Virus record (IMG/VR): IMGVR_UViG_2822699256_000006
Strand: one strand, 5' to 3'
Length of the DNA: 64,000 nucleotides
Origin: an uncultured virus (IMG/VR IMGVR_UViG_2822699256_000006)
Taxonomy: Duplodnaviria; Heunggongvirae; Uroviricota; Caudoviricetes
Made by a program: the position numbers and the translations under genes. Positions 1 to 10,528 of this stretch are shown here, piece after piece; the stretch's first letter is position 1; each line of letters opens with the position of its first letter. Below the pieces are notes generated by a model, which saw only the letters and a program-made list of their open reading frames with translations, was not told where the DNA came from and ran no database searches.

Positions 1-324
1 ATGATTATAAACACTGTCTTTGATTCATTTGAGTATCCTGTTGAGGGTACTTTTTTTAATATCTATCCATTTGCAGAAGCTTTATATAAAGCAGAAAGAA
101 TTACATTTGAAGTATTTAGTTCTTTTGTTGACTTAGAGCGATTAGATGGATATATAGAAGGGCGAATTGAAGATTATGTCTTTGATTATGAATTATATAA
201 CATGAATTCAATTTGTTTAGAGGATGCTCGTGTGTCTTCTTTGTACGTTATTCATACCGAATTAAATAAAGAGCTTGAACTTATGAAAATACTTAATAAT
301 AACGAATTACTGCTTATGGTGTGA
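1..324 (+). CDS. hypothetical protein (may be 5'-truncated by the window edge)
   Basis: ORF track; co-oriented with the array. Confidence 0.6.
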   Translation: MIINTVFDSFEYPVEGTFFNIYPFAEALYKAERITFEVFSSFVDLERLDGYIEGRIEDYVFDYELYNMNSICLEDARVSSLYVIHTELNKELELMKILNNNELLLMV

Positions 325-325
325 G

Positions 326-347
326 CCGACTCCGTCGGATGTGTGTG
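326..347 (+). promoter_or_regulatory. C-TCC-G hairpin + TGT box, copy 1
   Basis: ccgac-tcc-gtcgg, a, tgtgtgtg; intergenic, upstream of the RBS of the next ORF. Confidence 0.75.
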
Positions 348-385
348 AGCAAAATATAATTCTATAACTATTGGAGGAATCATTC

Positions 386-661
386 ATGAAATACAAATTA
401 AATATGCAAGGCTTAGAGGTAAAAGTTCCAGAAACTACAATGAATCCAGAAATCAACATAGACTTCAAGGGGATGACTATTGAAGTAGACGATTTAAGTC
501 TAACTGAATATGCTTCACTAATGAAAGAAATGTTTACTATTGGTAAAGAAGTAACAAAAGAAATATTACTTTTCCAACAAGAAATGCAGGAGCGTAGTGA
601 TGAGCTAAGACGCTCACGTTTACAAGATTGTAATGCAATTCTAAAGAAACAAGCTGAATGA
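386..661 (+). CDS. hypothetical protein
   Basis: GGAGG RBS before ATG at 386. Confidence 0.7.
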   Translation: MKYKLNMQGLEVKVPETTMNPEINIDFKGMTIEVDDLSLTEYASLMKEMFTIGKEVTKEILLFQQEMQERSDELRRSRLQDCNAILKKQAE

Positions 662-842
662 TTTATAAATTAGACACCTATCTGTTCATAGATATTCATT
701 TTATGAACAGTTAAGATTGCCTAATTATATACTTTATGGTTTATATTTTCTATTTCATAGTAATCTATTTCTTATTTTTTATGAAAATACAAAATATAAA
801 CCATTTATTATTATAAAAATAAACCTTGGAGGTATACATATA

Positions 843-1100
843 ATGACTACAAATTTAACTCAAAAAGCTATGAACGTTCAATCTAAAAAGGAATTACAAC
901 AATTACTGTCTCCTCACACTATTGAAATGCAACATTCTATTGTTAAAAGTGCTATTAATAATTTGAATTCTGAAATTGAGTGTGATATTCGTTCTAACGA
1001 TACATCTATTGCATTATATAAAATGTCACAAGTTGTTGTACTGGAAGATTCATTACATATTATAGAGCGTGTTTTATTAAAACAGCGGGTGCTAGTTTAA
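843..1100 (+). CDS. hypothetical protein
   Basis: GGAGGT RBS before ATG at 843; the upstream extension in the ORF track is AT-rich and probably non-coding. Confidence 0.7.
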   Translation: MTTNLTQKAMNVQSKKELQQLLSPHTIEMQHSIVKSAINNLNSEIECDIRSNDTSIALYKMSQVVVLEDSLHIIERVLLKQRVLV

Positions 1101-1251
1101 TGAACTCGTCAGCTGTTGTGATATGTGTTTTCTTAGTTGTCACTGGTCAATTATATGCAATCCCGCTACTTCTATTATTCACCGCTGTAGTGGGATTTAT
1201 TCGTAAATATTGTTAATTCTAAATCAACTCATATTCCTGGAGGTAATTATT

Positions 1252-2322
1252 ATGTCTAATATTTTAAAAATGGTTCAAGATACAATCGCTAATTCTATTC
1301 GTGTTGAAGTTAAAAGTCCAATTAATAAAAACGGTAAACAAAGATATCCTGTTATTGTTACAGATATGTCACCGTCATTTACATCAGGTTGGTTTGTTCA
1401 ATATAATCCAGTAGCAATGGATAATGGTACTCGTTTATATGATGGTTCTGAAAGTTTCTCAGAATTAAACATCGCTCGTTTTAGTGAATTGCAGAACTTT
1501 TTATTAACTGCAGCTTATTATTTTTCTCAAGGCTCTAATGTTGAAACTTTAACAAACGGAAGACAGCGTGCGATTTATGACCCAGATCCTCGTTTCCGTT
1601 TGACAGTAACATCTTCTAATAATTCAATTTCTGTTGTTTTAACGATTACTGATAATGCATCTCCATTCCATATGTTAAGTATTGCATTTCGTATTGTGCA
1701 ATCTAATACAGGAGATGGTTCATACCACATTATTGGTGCAGATAAGTGTTGGGATAGAAATACAGATACATTCCGTGAAGTAAAAAATGCGAATTTCGCA
1801 CCAAGTAAATCTCGTTTTTATCGTGTGTTTCAGAATCAAAATCAACCAGCAACTATTAAAGCGAAACTTGCTGTAAATAATAATCAATACATGATTAACT
1901 CTGATGGTACATTTGCCATTGATACACAAGCCGCTGCACCCGAATATATTCAAGTTATTTCAAGTGAATATAAAGCTCTAGCATATATTTATGAGCAAGC
2001 ATTAATGAAGAAATCTTTTGAGATTGCATTACAACAAGGATTACCTTCTTCAAAAGCTATGAATGCAAATATACCTAATAATGAGTTGGGACCTAATGGA
2101 ACATTCACTCCGTCCTTCACATTAGGAGGTATAGGAGCTCCTAATCCTGTTCAGAATCAAACAAATGTTAATCCTAATAATACGCAGTTACCACCTGTGC
2201 CACCTATGAATATGGCAGGTGGGCAACAGCAGCAACAACAGATGTCACAACAAGATAACTCATTTAATATTCCTAAAGTTAATGGAGTAGATATTCAAAA
2301 TGATGATCTTCCTTGGACATAA
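1252..2322 (+). CDS. hypothetical protein with Q/N/P-rich linker and SSB-like acidic C-terminal tail
   Basis: GGAGGT RBS; ends ...IQNDDLPWT. Confidence 0.75.
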   Translation: MSNILKMVQDTIANSIRVEVKSPINKNGKQRYPVIVTDMSPSFTSGWFVQYNPVAMDNGTRLYDGSESFSELNIARFSELQNFLLTAAYYFSQGSNVETLTNGRQRAIYDPDPRFRLTVTSSNNSISVVLTITDNASPFHMLSIAFRIVQSNTGDGSYHIIGADKCWDRNTDTFREVKNANFAPSKSRFYRVFQNQNQPATIKAKLAVNNNQYMINSDGTFAIDTQAAAPEYIQVISSEYKALAYIYEQALMKKSFEIALQQGLPSSKAMNANIPNNELGPNGTFTPSFTLGGIGAPNPVQNQTNVNPNNTQLPPVPPMNMAGGQQQQQQMSQQDNSFNIPKVNGVDIQNDDLPWT

Positions 2323-2524
2323 TATATGATAAATAGATGGTCATTCTTATAAACAGGATGGCGGTCTATTTATTTTTAATCTTTCCCCTACGACTACTCT
2401 CTTCATTAGACGCTAAAATTGTATGCATTTTGAAGCATGCCGAAGCATTATGTATATTTTACAATTATTTTCATGTATAATTATTTCTATATGATTTGTA
2501 ATCTTCTTAGGAAGGAGTGACAAC

Positions 2525-4396
2525 ATGATTCAAGTTCGTGAACAGTACGGAAACATCTATGTAAGAATCTTAGATTCACAAGAAACCTTTGATTATACAC
2601 TAGAAAAAATACGATTTATTGAAGGTCGTACTTTTAACTATGAAACTGGTGAATGGATGTTTGGTAAAGAATCTATTGGTGATCTTTTGCTACATTTCGG
2701 CAATCAAATCATCTGGAATCAACCATTAAAAGAAATTATTAAGAATTGTGATGTAAATCATGAACTTATAAATAAACATCTTTCTTGGGAAGATGATGAC
2801 GACTTTAAAACATGGACAATCAAACCATACCCTTATCAAAAAGTTGGCTCTCATTATTTAGCTGATAGAGGAAGAGCGGCTATCTTTGATGGCGTAGGAC
2901 TTGGTAAGACACCTCAAATTATCGGAGCATGTCAGATACTATTTAATAGAAATAAAGCACGTCGTGTATTAATCGTGACGCTAAACTCTTTAAAGAGACA
3001 GTGGGCTAAAGAGATATATAAATTTGCTGGTGAAGAAGCCATAGCTGTATACGGCAGCCCTGCAAAAAGAAAGAAATTTATTAAAGGATTTGCATCACGC
3101 TCTGATATTAGATATTTGGTTGTTAATTATGAAACATTAAGAAGTGCGCAGTATATGAAACTTATTAAAGAAATTCCATTTGATATTGTTGCTTTAGATG
3201 AAGCTCAAAAGATCAAGTCTGGTGTTACAGATAAGTATTTAAATATCGAACCTTCATTAAATGCTAAAGCTTGTTATGACTTAAAGCATATTCCTTATCG
3301 CTTTATAGCGACTGCTACACCAGTACAATCAAAAGCTGAGGAAGTATGGAGTTTATTTAATTTTGTTGATGATAGTATCTTAGGGACATGGGAAGTATTC
3401 CGTGAAAGATACTGTAAATATTCAAATCGATTTGGTATTACAGGTAGCTTTAATCTTGGTGAACTATATTACCGAATTGCTCCTCATTTTATTAGGAGAA
3501 CCAAAGAAATGCCTGAGATTCAACAACAGTTGCCTAAAGTACAGCATTCACATGTATTCTTAGAAATGACTGATGCACAAGAGAGAATTCAAGACCATCT
3601 CTTAATGAAGATGGAAGAGATTAAAGATACAGTTCGTTCTCTTGGATCCGGTACAAAAGTGATTAACGGAAATCTAATGAATGCACAACAAGCGAAAGAA
3701 TACTATGACGGCATTATTCAAGGACTACAGACATTCTTAATTGAAACCTGTGATGCTCCGCAGTTATTAGTGCACCCAGAGGCTTCACAAATGTCTCATA
3801 ATGTAATTTCCGAATTAGGTCTTTCCCCTAAGGATATAGCAAAATCACCTAAATTAGAGCAATTAAAGGACTTTATTAAGCAGCTTTTAAATGATGAACC
3901 TAGCTCTAAGGTAGTTATATTTACAGAGTATGAACGCATGGCCCGCATTATATATGAAGCCCTACCACAATCCGTACTATACACTGGGCAAATATCTGAT
4001 AAAGAAAAGGATTCTGTAATCGAACGATTCCGTGAAGATCCACATACGAAATTCTTCATAAGCACTCGTGCTGGTAGTACTGGGTTAAACCTGCAGGTTG
4101 CTAATTATATGGTTCATTTTGACCTACCATATACGGCAACTGAATTAGAGCAGCGTAATGGCCGTATTGACCGAACTGGTAATGCATTTAGCAATATCAC
4201 TATGTATTACTACATTATGAGTGAATCTTATGATGAACATATGCTACAACTGTTATTCAAGAAATCTGAATTAGCAAAAGAAATCCTAACGGGTGGCGTA
4301 GATAAAACATCTAAAGGCAAAGATGTGAACTCACTTGCTATGGATCGTTTGTTGAAAAAGAGAGCAAAATCACAAGGTAAAATGGCTACTGGCTAA
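2525..4396 (+). CDS. SNF2-family (DEAD/H-like) helicase/ATPase
   Basis: DGVGLGKT Walker A, LDEAQ Walker B, TATP motif III, STRAGSTGLNLQ and QRNGRIDR C-terminal motifs. Confidence 0.9.
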   Translation: MIQVREQYGNIYVRILDSQETFDYTLEKIRFIEGRTFNYETGEWMFGKESIGDLLLHFGNQIIWNQPLKEIIKNCDVNHELINKHLSWEDDDDFKTWTIKPYPYQKVGSHYLADRGRAAIFDGVGLGKTPQIIGACQILFNRNKARRVLIVTLNSLKRQWAKEIYKFAGEEAIAVYGSPAKRKKFIKGFASRSDIRYLVVNYETLRSAQYMKLIKEIPFDIVALDEAQKIKSGVTDKYLNIEPSLNAKACYDLKHIPYRFIATATPVQSKAEEVWSLFNFVDDSILGTWEVFRERYCKYSNRFGITGSFNLGELYYRIAPHFIRRTKEMPEIQQQLPKVQHSHVFLEMTDAQERIQDHLLMKMEEIKDTVRSLGSGTKVINGNLMNAQQAKEYYDGIIQGLQTFLIETCDAPQLLVHPEASQMSHNVISELGLSPKDIAKSPKLEQLKDFIKQLLNDEPSSKVVIFTEYERMARIIYEALPQSVLYTGQISDKEKDSVIERFREDPHTKFFISTRAGSTGLNLQVANYMVHFDLPYTATELEQRNGRIDRTGNAFSNITMYYYIMSESYDEHMLQLLFKKSELAKEILTGGVDKTSKGKDVNSLAMDRLLKKRAKSQGKMATG

Positions 4397-4435
4397 GCTT
4401 TTAGCCATTTTATACATAAAAAGGAGATGTATATT

Positions 4436-4675
4436 ATGAGTGAAATTTTTGAAAGAGCTTTAAAGGAATTACCGGAAGGTATTAGTTTTGATCCATCAAC
4501 AGTGAAAAAAGTTGCTGGTCTTATTATTAAGATGGATAAAGAAATTGAATTTATCAATGAAGGAACACATCCATTTATCGAAAACCATACTGAAGAAGAA
4601 GTTGCAGCTTTTAAAAAAGCATGTGAAAAATACATTCAAATGTATGGAAAGGCATTTACAATAGATCACGATTAA
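4436..4675 (+). CDS. hypothetical protein
   Basis: AAGGAG RBS; ORF track. Confidence 0.65.
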   Translation: MSEIFERALKELPEGISFDPSTVKKVAGLIIKMDKEIEFINEGTHPFIENHTEEEVAAFKKACEKYIQMYGKAFTIDHD

Positions 4676-4711
4676 GGACAGGTCATTTAAACTTATAAAG
4701 GAGAGGTTTTT

Positions 4712-4999
4712 ATGCAGTATGTACTCATTCAATCTGGATTTTTCGTAGAGAGTATGGATTTAAATCAAAAGGGTGAAATTTCTAACGTTACATTCACCAC
4801 TATTTCTGAAAAAGCTAAAATCATTGAAGAAGATGAACTAAAAGCTTACGAAAAAGCTTTAAAGCATCATTTTAGTGATGGTGATTATCGTATTTTACCT
4901 ATTGGCACACCAGCTCATCTATCTTCACTTGAGGAAGATGATGCATTACAGGTTCATCTTGATTTTGGGAAAAGCCCTAAAGATGTTCTGAAAAAATAA
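4712..4999 (+). CDS. hypothetical protein
   Basis: GGAGAGG RBS; ORF track. Confidence 0.7.
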   Translation: MQYVLIQSGFFVESMDLNQKGEISNVTFTTISEKAKIIEEDELKAYEKALKHHFSDGDYRILPIGTPAHLSSLEEDDALQVHLDFGKSPKDVLKK

Positions 5000-5005
5000 G
5001 TACAT

Positions 5006-5026
5006 CCCCTCCGGGGGGTGTATTTG
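5006..5026 (+). promoter_or_regulatory. C-TCC-G hairpin + TGT box, copy 2
   Basis: cccc-tcc-gggg, gg, tgtatttg. Confidence 0.75.
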
Positions 5027-5080
5027 ATTTATGTTCATTTATATTCAGTATTTTACTATTAAAAATTAGGAGTGAACTGT

Positions 5081-5314
5081 ATGTCAAAAGATAATTTATT
5101 AAGATGCGATACGTGTGGAATGGACACACATCAAATTGATACACCTATTTTTGAAAAACCATTACGATTTGCTTTTCGTTCAGATATTAAAACGTTACAA
5201 CAAAATAATAGTAGTAAGAGAACACAAGAAAATATTTGTCTTGATTGTTTCTCTAAAGAATTAAAACAGCTTAGTAAAAATTGCAAGACACAATGTACTG
5301 TTACATTCATTTAA
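5081..5314 (+). CDS. small putative zinc-binding protein
   Basis: CDTC...CLDC pairs; AGGAGTG RBS. Confidence 0.65.
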   Translation: MSKDNLLRCDTCGMDTHQIDTPIFEKPLRFAFRSDIKTLQQNNSSKRTQENICLDCFSKELKQLSKNCKTQCTVTFI

Positions 5315-5332
5315 ATATAGGGGTGACTATTT

Positions 5333-5896
5333 ATGACTCAAACAATGCAAGTTAGTTTTACTTATGATCCAATCGTATTATCAAAACTAACATTACAAAT
5401 TTATGCCGAAAAACACATTGATATAGACAACGCAATTAAATCTACTGTTTACGCTGTATATGAATACTTGCGTACGGTAACTGACGAAGAGTTAGAAAGG
5501 GTTCTAATTCAATACACTCAAGAGGAAGAAATTGAAGCAATTACTTTTAGCAACTTTGAAGAAGAGTGCAAATTGATTTTTACATATATTTTTAAAAGCC
5601 AGCAATTTATAGACCTTGAGTTTGGTTATAAGAGAGAATGTTATTCAAAAACCGGTCTTGGCGTAGTTGATAAGCATGAAAAGACATTTTATGATTGTGC
5701 ATTTGGTGAACACTGGCGGACTGTAGAGAGTATTTTAGAAACTAAATATCCAAAACAGTTTGAAGCTTACTTGCAACTTAATTATGAAAATAAAGAAGAA
5801 CATAATGGTTTTACTCATAAGCAATTAGATCGATTTATTCTAAATACATTTGAATTAGTTGGTGAAATGCGCTCTATTGAAAACCATTTAGATTAA
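5333..5896 (+). CDS. hypothetical protein
   Basis: GGGGTG RBS; 187 aa ORF. Confidence 0.7.
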   Translation: MTQTMQVSFTYDPIVLSKLTLQIYAEKHIDIDNAIKSTVYAVYEYLRTVTDEELERVLIQYTQEEEIEAITFSNFEEECKLIFTYIFKSQQFIDLEFGYKRECYSKTGLGVVDKHEKTFYDCAFGEHWRTVESILETKYPKQFEAYLQLNYENKEEHNGFTHKQLDRFILNTFELVGEMRSIENHLD

Positions 5897-5977
5897 GATA
5901 TTCATCATTTCCTTGCTAGCTAATTTTTACATAATAAAAAGAAGTATTTATTACTATTACATGAAGGGATGGTTTAC

Positions 5978-6265
5978 ATGACAAAAAGCTTAAAAGAAGA
6001 ACATTTGCAAGCAATGAAAGACATTACATCAGGTGCAACTATTTTTAGCTATTCCTTAGCAATGCGGTTACGAGAAGTTGAAAGGTTTGATTTAGAATTG
6101 ATTGATATTATTCATGATTTAGATGAATTAGAAGCTATTTCTGGTGAAGTGTTTCCAGGTGAAAAGAAGCTCCCTTACTTTGGTGCAATACTTACTAAGA
6201 AGGGAAAAGAATATCTAAATAATCATACGAGAGGTGTTGTTAGTAATGAAAATCACCATGCATAA
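5978..6265 (+). CDS. hypothetical protein
   Basis: ORF track; RBS. Confidence 0.65.
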   Translation: MTKSLKEEHLQAMKDITSGATIFSYSLAMRLREVERFDLELIDIIHDLDELEAISGEVFPGEKKLPYFGAILTKKGKEYLNNHTRGVVSNENHHA

Positions 6266-6467
6266 TCCTGTAGCTCCATTTGTAGCTATTGGGCAAAAAC
6301 TTGATTTTAAAATTGGAAAAGAAGTTGCAGGGAAATGTGAAATTGTTTCAGTAGATACAGAAACTAATGCTATCGGCATTGAATTAGATCGTGCAGCAGC
6401 TCACGCTTTCCATGCTACATCTGATTTTCACGGAAGAATTTGCTCTGTTTCTGTGGATTGCAAGTAA
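6246..6467 (+). CDS. hypothetical protein
   Basis: GAGGTG RBS within the previous ORF. Confidence 0.6.
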   Translation: MKITMHNPVAPFVAIGQKLDFKIGKEVAGKCEIVSVDTETNAIGIELDRAAAHAFHATSDFHGRICSVSVDCK

Positions 6468-6518
6468 ACAGGAGAAATCAGGAGATTTCAGCCAATATCA
6501 GCAGGAAAATAACACGAT

Positions 6519-6568
6519 TGTAATGCAATACATCATTACATATTAAAATATTATTGAAATACATTACA
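6519..6568. promoter_or_regulatory. two copies of the palindromic operator (consensus TGTAATGCATTACA)
   Basis: tgtaatgcaataca 6519-6532 and tgaaatacattaca 6555-6568, just upstream of TTGACG-17-TATCGT (6575-6603). Confidence 0.65.
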
Positions 6569-6668
6569 AATCCATTGACGTATTATGTTTTTTGGTATAT
6601 CGTGGAGAACGTACAGTATAAAACCTAGGGAAAGAAATGATATTCCCTTTATTATAATAAATAGTTAA

Positions 6669-6690
6669 TCCACTCCGTGGAATGTTTTTG
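6669..6690 (+). promoter_or_regulatory. C-TCC-G hairpin + TGT box, copy 3
   Basis: tccac-tcc-gtgga, a, tgtttttg. Confidence 0.8.
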
Positions 6691-6715
6691 AAAATTAGAT
6701 ATTGGAGGTCTTTAT

Positions 6716-7057
6716 ATGAATTTTGGCTCAATCGCTCCAGATGAAGTAAAAGTAGGAGAACAATATCAATTTGAATCTAAATATTATTGGTGTGTTCACG
6801 CTACTGTGATTGAAAACCAATGTGGTGAAAATAAAGAGAAATCACGTGGTGAGAAATGGAACGGCTGGAAAATCCGTGTTGATGAAACATTCGGCGGACT
6901 ATCTCCAATACCTATAGGTGAAGAGTTTGAGCTTGGATGGGATGATAGATACCCTCATTATTCAAGCGTAAAAATTAAACCTGTAGGCAGCATGCCTGAT
7001 TATACAGGTTTCGAAGAACCTAAAAGCTATAATTCCACTACAAAGAAGGAGGCTTAA
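6716..7057 (+). CDS. hypothetical protein
   Basis: GGAGGT RBS. Confidence 0.7.
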   Translation: MNFGSIAPDEVKVGEQYQFESKYYWCVHATVIENQCGENKEKSRGEKWNGWKIRVDETFGGLSPIPIGEEFELGWDDRYPHYSSVKIKPVGSMPDYTGFEEPKSYNSTTKKEA

Positions 7058-7059
7058 CC

Positions 7060-7404
7060 ATGAAGCATAACACTTTCTATCAACATTACAGAAACGAAAA
7101 GGAATACTTCTTTGATAGTATCGCAATTCCTATCAGTGAATTTACAGGCAATAAAAATGATTTAACGGTAGCTAACTTAGCATATGATGCAGATACTCCA
7201 GAAGGAGAAGAAGTAAAAAGAGTGCAGCTATATGTACATAAAGGGGCTACATATATAGATAGAGATGTTTATCACGTTATTTACCAATCTGAAGATGATT
7301 ACGATACAGATAAGGTATGGGTGCGCAATGTAGAAGACTTTTTTGGAATGGTTGATTTGCCTATAGGAAATAAAGTGAAACGCTTTACACGATTAAAGAA
7401 ATAA
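7060..7404 (+). CDS. DUF1653-like protein
   Basis: YQHYR...VIYQ...VWVRNVEDFFGMV...RF pattern. Confidence 0.6.
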   Translation: MKHNTFYQHYRNEKEYFFDSIAIPISEFTGNKNDLTVANLAYDADTPEGEEVKRVQLYVHKGATYIDRDVYHVIYQSEDDYDTDKVWVRNVEDFFGMVDLPIGNKVKRFTRLKK

Positions 7405-7435
7405 ATATGGGCTTTATAAGAAAAGAGGGATAATA

Positions 7436-7630
7436 ATGACTTTGACATTAGCCGACTTACACACAATGAAAACTGGTACGGTATTACAAAAAGGAAAAAG
7501 AAAGCGAATCTTTTTAGGCGTTGAGGGCATGTTTGCTTATTATAAAACTCCTTCCTCAAAATCAATTACAGGTGAGAATTTAGCTATTTTTAGAAAGTGG
7601 CTTATGAATGCAACAGTAGTTGAAAATTAA
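7436..7630 (+). CDS. hypothetical protein
   Basis: RBS; ORF track. Confidence 0.6.
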   Translation: MTLTLADLHTMKTGTVLQKGKRKRIFLGVEGMFAYYKTPSSKSITGENLAIFRKWLMNATVVEN

Positions 7631-7650
7631 AAAAGGGCGCTCTTTGGTAG

Positions 7651-7848
7651 GTGAATGAAATGGAAGATAGAATACACCTTTTTGAAGATGGTGAAAAAGT
7701 TAGGATTAAAGAAACTGGTGAGGAAGTTACAATTGATCATTGGTGGTTTGCGAAACCAAACGTAGACATAAGACTCTTTACAGCACAATACAATATTGTG
7801 GAGCATCCTGAAACATGGTTTGATGAACGTGAATTAGAGAAAGTTTAA
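7651..7848 (+). CDS. hypothetical protein
   Basis: ORF track; start could be 7660. Confidence 0.6.
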   Translation: MNEMEDRIHLFEDGEKVRIKETGEEVTIDHWWFAKPNVDIRLFTAQYNIVEHPETWFDERELEKV

Positions 7849-7881
7849 TATAATTATTGAATTGAAGCGGGGGATTTGTAA

Positions 7882-8304
7882 ATGAAAACACTTGAACAGG
7901 TTATTGAAATGCATGAATCGAAAACATTAGACGGTCGAGATCTTTCGAGATTGGCCATGTTTGTGCCGGAAGAGTCTTTACACTTAATCGGTGTATCCTT
8001 AAAGGAAGAATACAAAGGGACTCATAAGCATATTGCATTTACAAAAGAGAACGTATTAAAGCAACTAGAGGAAGATGTTAGTTTCGCTTTTGAAAAAGCA
8101 TTAAATCAAAGAGGGCTATCCGCAGGATTGATGTTTGATGTAGTAATGATGTGGAATTGGATTCTTGAAGACGGTCTTGAGAACTGGAATACAAATGAAT
8201 ATGCGCAATATGGATTACCATTATTTAAGGCTACTGCTATTAAGTATGGGTTTGATAATCCAATCGGAGAAGATACAGGCAGCGAAAGCAAATTTGCATG
8301 TTAG
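7882..8304 (+). CDS. hypothetical phage-like protein
   Basis: GGGGG RBS; 140 aa. Confidence 0.7.
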   Translation: MKTLEQVIEMHESKTLDGRDLSRLAMFVPEESLHLIGVSLKEEYKGTHKHIAFTKENVLKQLEEDVSFAFEKALNQRGLSAGLMFDVVMMWNWILEDGLENWNTNEYAQYGLPLFKATAIKYGFDNPIGEDTGSESKFAC

Positions 8305-8352
8305 TTTTTATCAATAAATATATTAATTTCATTAATCAAGGAGGATAAAAAA

Positions 8353-8832
8353 ATGAGTGAAACGGTTATTTATGGTGTGAAATCAAATGGTGAAGTTGAA
8401 TTTGTAGGGGAAACAAAAAACGCATGGAGAGGCGGAATGCATGTATGGATGAAACTTTCAGAAGCATATGGCATTCAAGGCGGTTTTCTTGGCGGGTTTA
8501 AAGAATTATGGAAAATGGCTGATAAAGGTGTTTTAAAAGACTTTGAAAATATAACATTAAAGTCTACTTTCGATAACGTTGTGGTGAAGAAGGAAGATAT
8601 TCCGAAATTAATTGCTGCATTTAAAGAATTCGAAGAGAATTATCCTAACAGTAGTTTATGGGAGCAAGCTAGAATCATTGAAGACGATATTATTAATGAT
8701 GAAGACATGATTGGTGTATGCTGGAATCAGACATCTGTTAACAGTAATCCTTGGAGTGAAGGGTATGATGAAGAAAAGGATGAGGAAATCCCTTATAATG
8801 TGCTACAAGGCAATCGTCACTGGTACTTATAA
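8353..8832 (+). CDS. hypothetical protein
   Basis: AAGGAGG RBS. Confidence 0.75.
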   Translation: MSETVIYGVKSNGEVEFVGETKNAWRGGMHVWMKLSEAYGIQGGFLGGFKELWKMADKGVLKDFENITLKSTFDNVVVKKEDIPKLIAAFKEFEENYPNSSLWEQARIIEDDIINDEDMIGVCWNQTSVNSNPWSEGYDEEKDEEIPYNVLQGNRHWYL

Positions 8833-8879
8833 AAACGGCTGGAATAACTATCTTACAATAAAGGAGTAGCATAGTAATT

Positions 8880-9083
8880 ATGGAACTAAAGTGGCATGAG
8901 CGACTATATGCTCTTTATAAAGGAGAACAATTTGTGACCGAAGGAACTCTTCCTGAGATTAGTCTAGCAGCAAAAAAATCTATTCAATGGCTTAGATATA
9001 TGACTTATCCAGCTTATGATAAACGCTGCAATGATAGTGTTAAGCGCCTTCGTTTGGTTTCATTGGATGATGAAGACGAATAA
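8880..9083 (+). CDS. small phage-type protein, possibly DNA-binding
   Basis: YALYKGEQFVTEGTLPEIS pattern common in Firmicutes phages. Confidence 0.55.
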   Translation: MELKWHERLYALYKGEQFVTEGTLPEISLAAKKSIQWLRYMTYPAYDKRCNDSVKRLRLVSLDDEDE

Positions 9084-9114
9084 TATTTAATCTCATAAGA
9101 AAGGATGGACCATA

Positions 9115-9279
9115 TTGCTTAGGGTTAGGTATATAGGAGAAATGGATTTTTATGATGGAGTAACAACAGGACACGTTTATGAGGTTATTGGAGAAAACGA
9201 ACAACAATATATTGTAAACAATGATTTAGGAGGAACTAGCACTCTTAAAAAATCTAAATTCGTATTAGTAAATTCATAG
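9115..9279 (+). CDS. 54-aa hypothetical protein (not in ORF track)
   Basis: AAGGA RBS, TTG start, LRVRYIGEMDFYDGVTTGHVYEVI...; fills an intergenic gap. Confidence 0.55.
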   Translation: MLRVRYIGEMDFYDGVTTGHVYEVIGENEQQYIVNNDLGGTSTLKKSKFVLVNS

Positions 9280-9317
9280 TACAGTAAATTATTATTTTGT
9301 GTAAAGGAGAATGAAAT

Positions 9318-9569
9318 ATGGAATTTTATGCTATTGCTTATCAATTTGAAGAAGATTCATTTTATGATCTATCGACGGAAGAGGAAACTCTTTCTTTAAA
9401 AGAAACTTGTTTTCTTCCAACTAAAGAATTAGCACAACAGATTATTGATGAAGAATTATCAACTAGATATGTTCCTGTAAGAATCAAACTAATTTCTTTA
9501 CAAGAGAACGGAATTTGGACCTATGAACGTGGACGGGTAGATGTATGGGACAGTGAATGTGATGAATAA
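9318..9569 (+). CDS. hypothetical protein
   Basis: AAGGAG RBS. Confidence 0.7.
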   Translation: MEFYAIAYQFEEDSFYDLSTEEETLSLKETCFLPTKELAQQIIDEELSTRYVPVRIKLISLQENGIWTYERGRVDVWDSECDE

Positions 9570-9772
9570 ATTTTATGTATTTGTTATAAAAAAACAAGAG
9601 GACATCATCAATACCTGCTCTTTCTCATCTGGTGATATTAAAGAGGTCTTTCAACATAGAAATAAGCTTTTATTCTATGTATATGAAGAAGCAACTGATG
9701 TTGAAGTCTTTAGGTATGAAAATGGTTCACTTGTGCGTGTAAATACGGATAACTAAAAAGGAGCGGAAAAAG

Positions 9773-10510
9773 ATGAATTTAGAAACTAGTATTAAGGATG
9801 TTATTACCCAAAAATTAGAAGATGGTACGGTTGATAGATTAGTTGCAGAACAGCTAGAAAAAGGTGTTAAGAATGCATTAGATCATCTTTTTAGTTCTTA
9901 TGGAGATGTAACTAAAATTCTTGAAGAACAAATCAAATCAATTATGGTCCCTTATTTAGAGAAACATGATTACTCTGAATATATCGTGAAGCTAGATGCT
10001 GTACTGGTTGATATCCTAAAACAAACCGCATCACCTAATCAAAAGCTTATTAGTAACTTCCAGCAGTTAATGCTGCCAGAAACAGAAAAAGAATTACAAG
10101 TAACAGATTTATTCACAAAGTGGACAGAGCATGTTGCTAAGAATGTAGAAACTGATGGATTAGAGATTGATTATGATGATGAACCATCTTATGAGTTAGT
10201 AGAAGTTACAATGAGTGTTGAGATGGATGAAGAACGAGATTGGAGTTCCTTTAAGTATGCAACATTACTATTTGAATGTGAGCATGATGAGAAAATGAAT
10301 TTTGCAGTTCGTTTATCTAAATGGAAAAAAGAACAAGGATGGTCTATTAACTATGATAAATCTCCTGATATTAGATCATTAAGATATCTATCTGATTTCG
10401 AAGTTTTATTAATGCGTTTAGATCAAGGTGGAACACAATTAATTCTTGATTCAGAATATGAAAACGAGCATGTTCGACCAGAGACAGAACCTGAAATAAC
10501 ATTTAGCTAA
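9773..10510 (+). CDS. hypothetical phage-like protein
   Basis: AAGGAG RBS; 245 aa. Confidence 0.75.
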   Translation: MNLETSIKDVITQKLEDGTVDRLVAEQLEKGVKNALDHLFSSYGDVTKILEEQIKSIMVPYLEKHDYSEYIVKLDAVLVDILKQTASPNQKLISNFQQLMLPETEKELQVTDLFTKWTEHVAKNVETDGLEIDYDDEPSYELVEVTMSVEMDEERDWSSFKYATLLFECEHDEKMNFAVRLSKWKKEQGWSINYDKSPDIRSLRYLSDFEVLLMRLDQGGTQLILDSEYENEHVRPETEPEITFS

Positions 10511-10528
10511 TAGGAAAGGGTTTTAGAT

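Noticed and set aside
2108..3765. CTCCG occurrences inside CDSs (about 2108 and 3755) as extra hairpin copies
   Set aside because: Only 2-3 bp stems and no TGT box at the 6-nt spacing.
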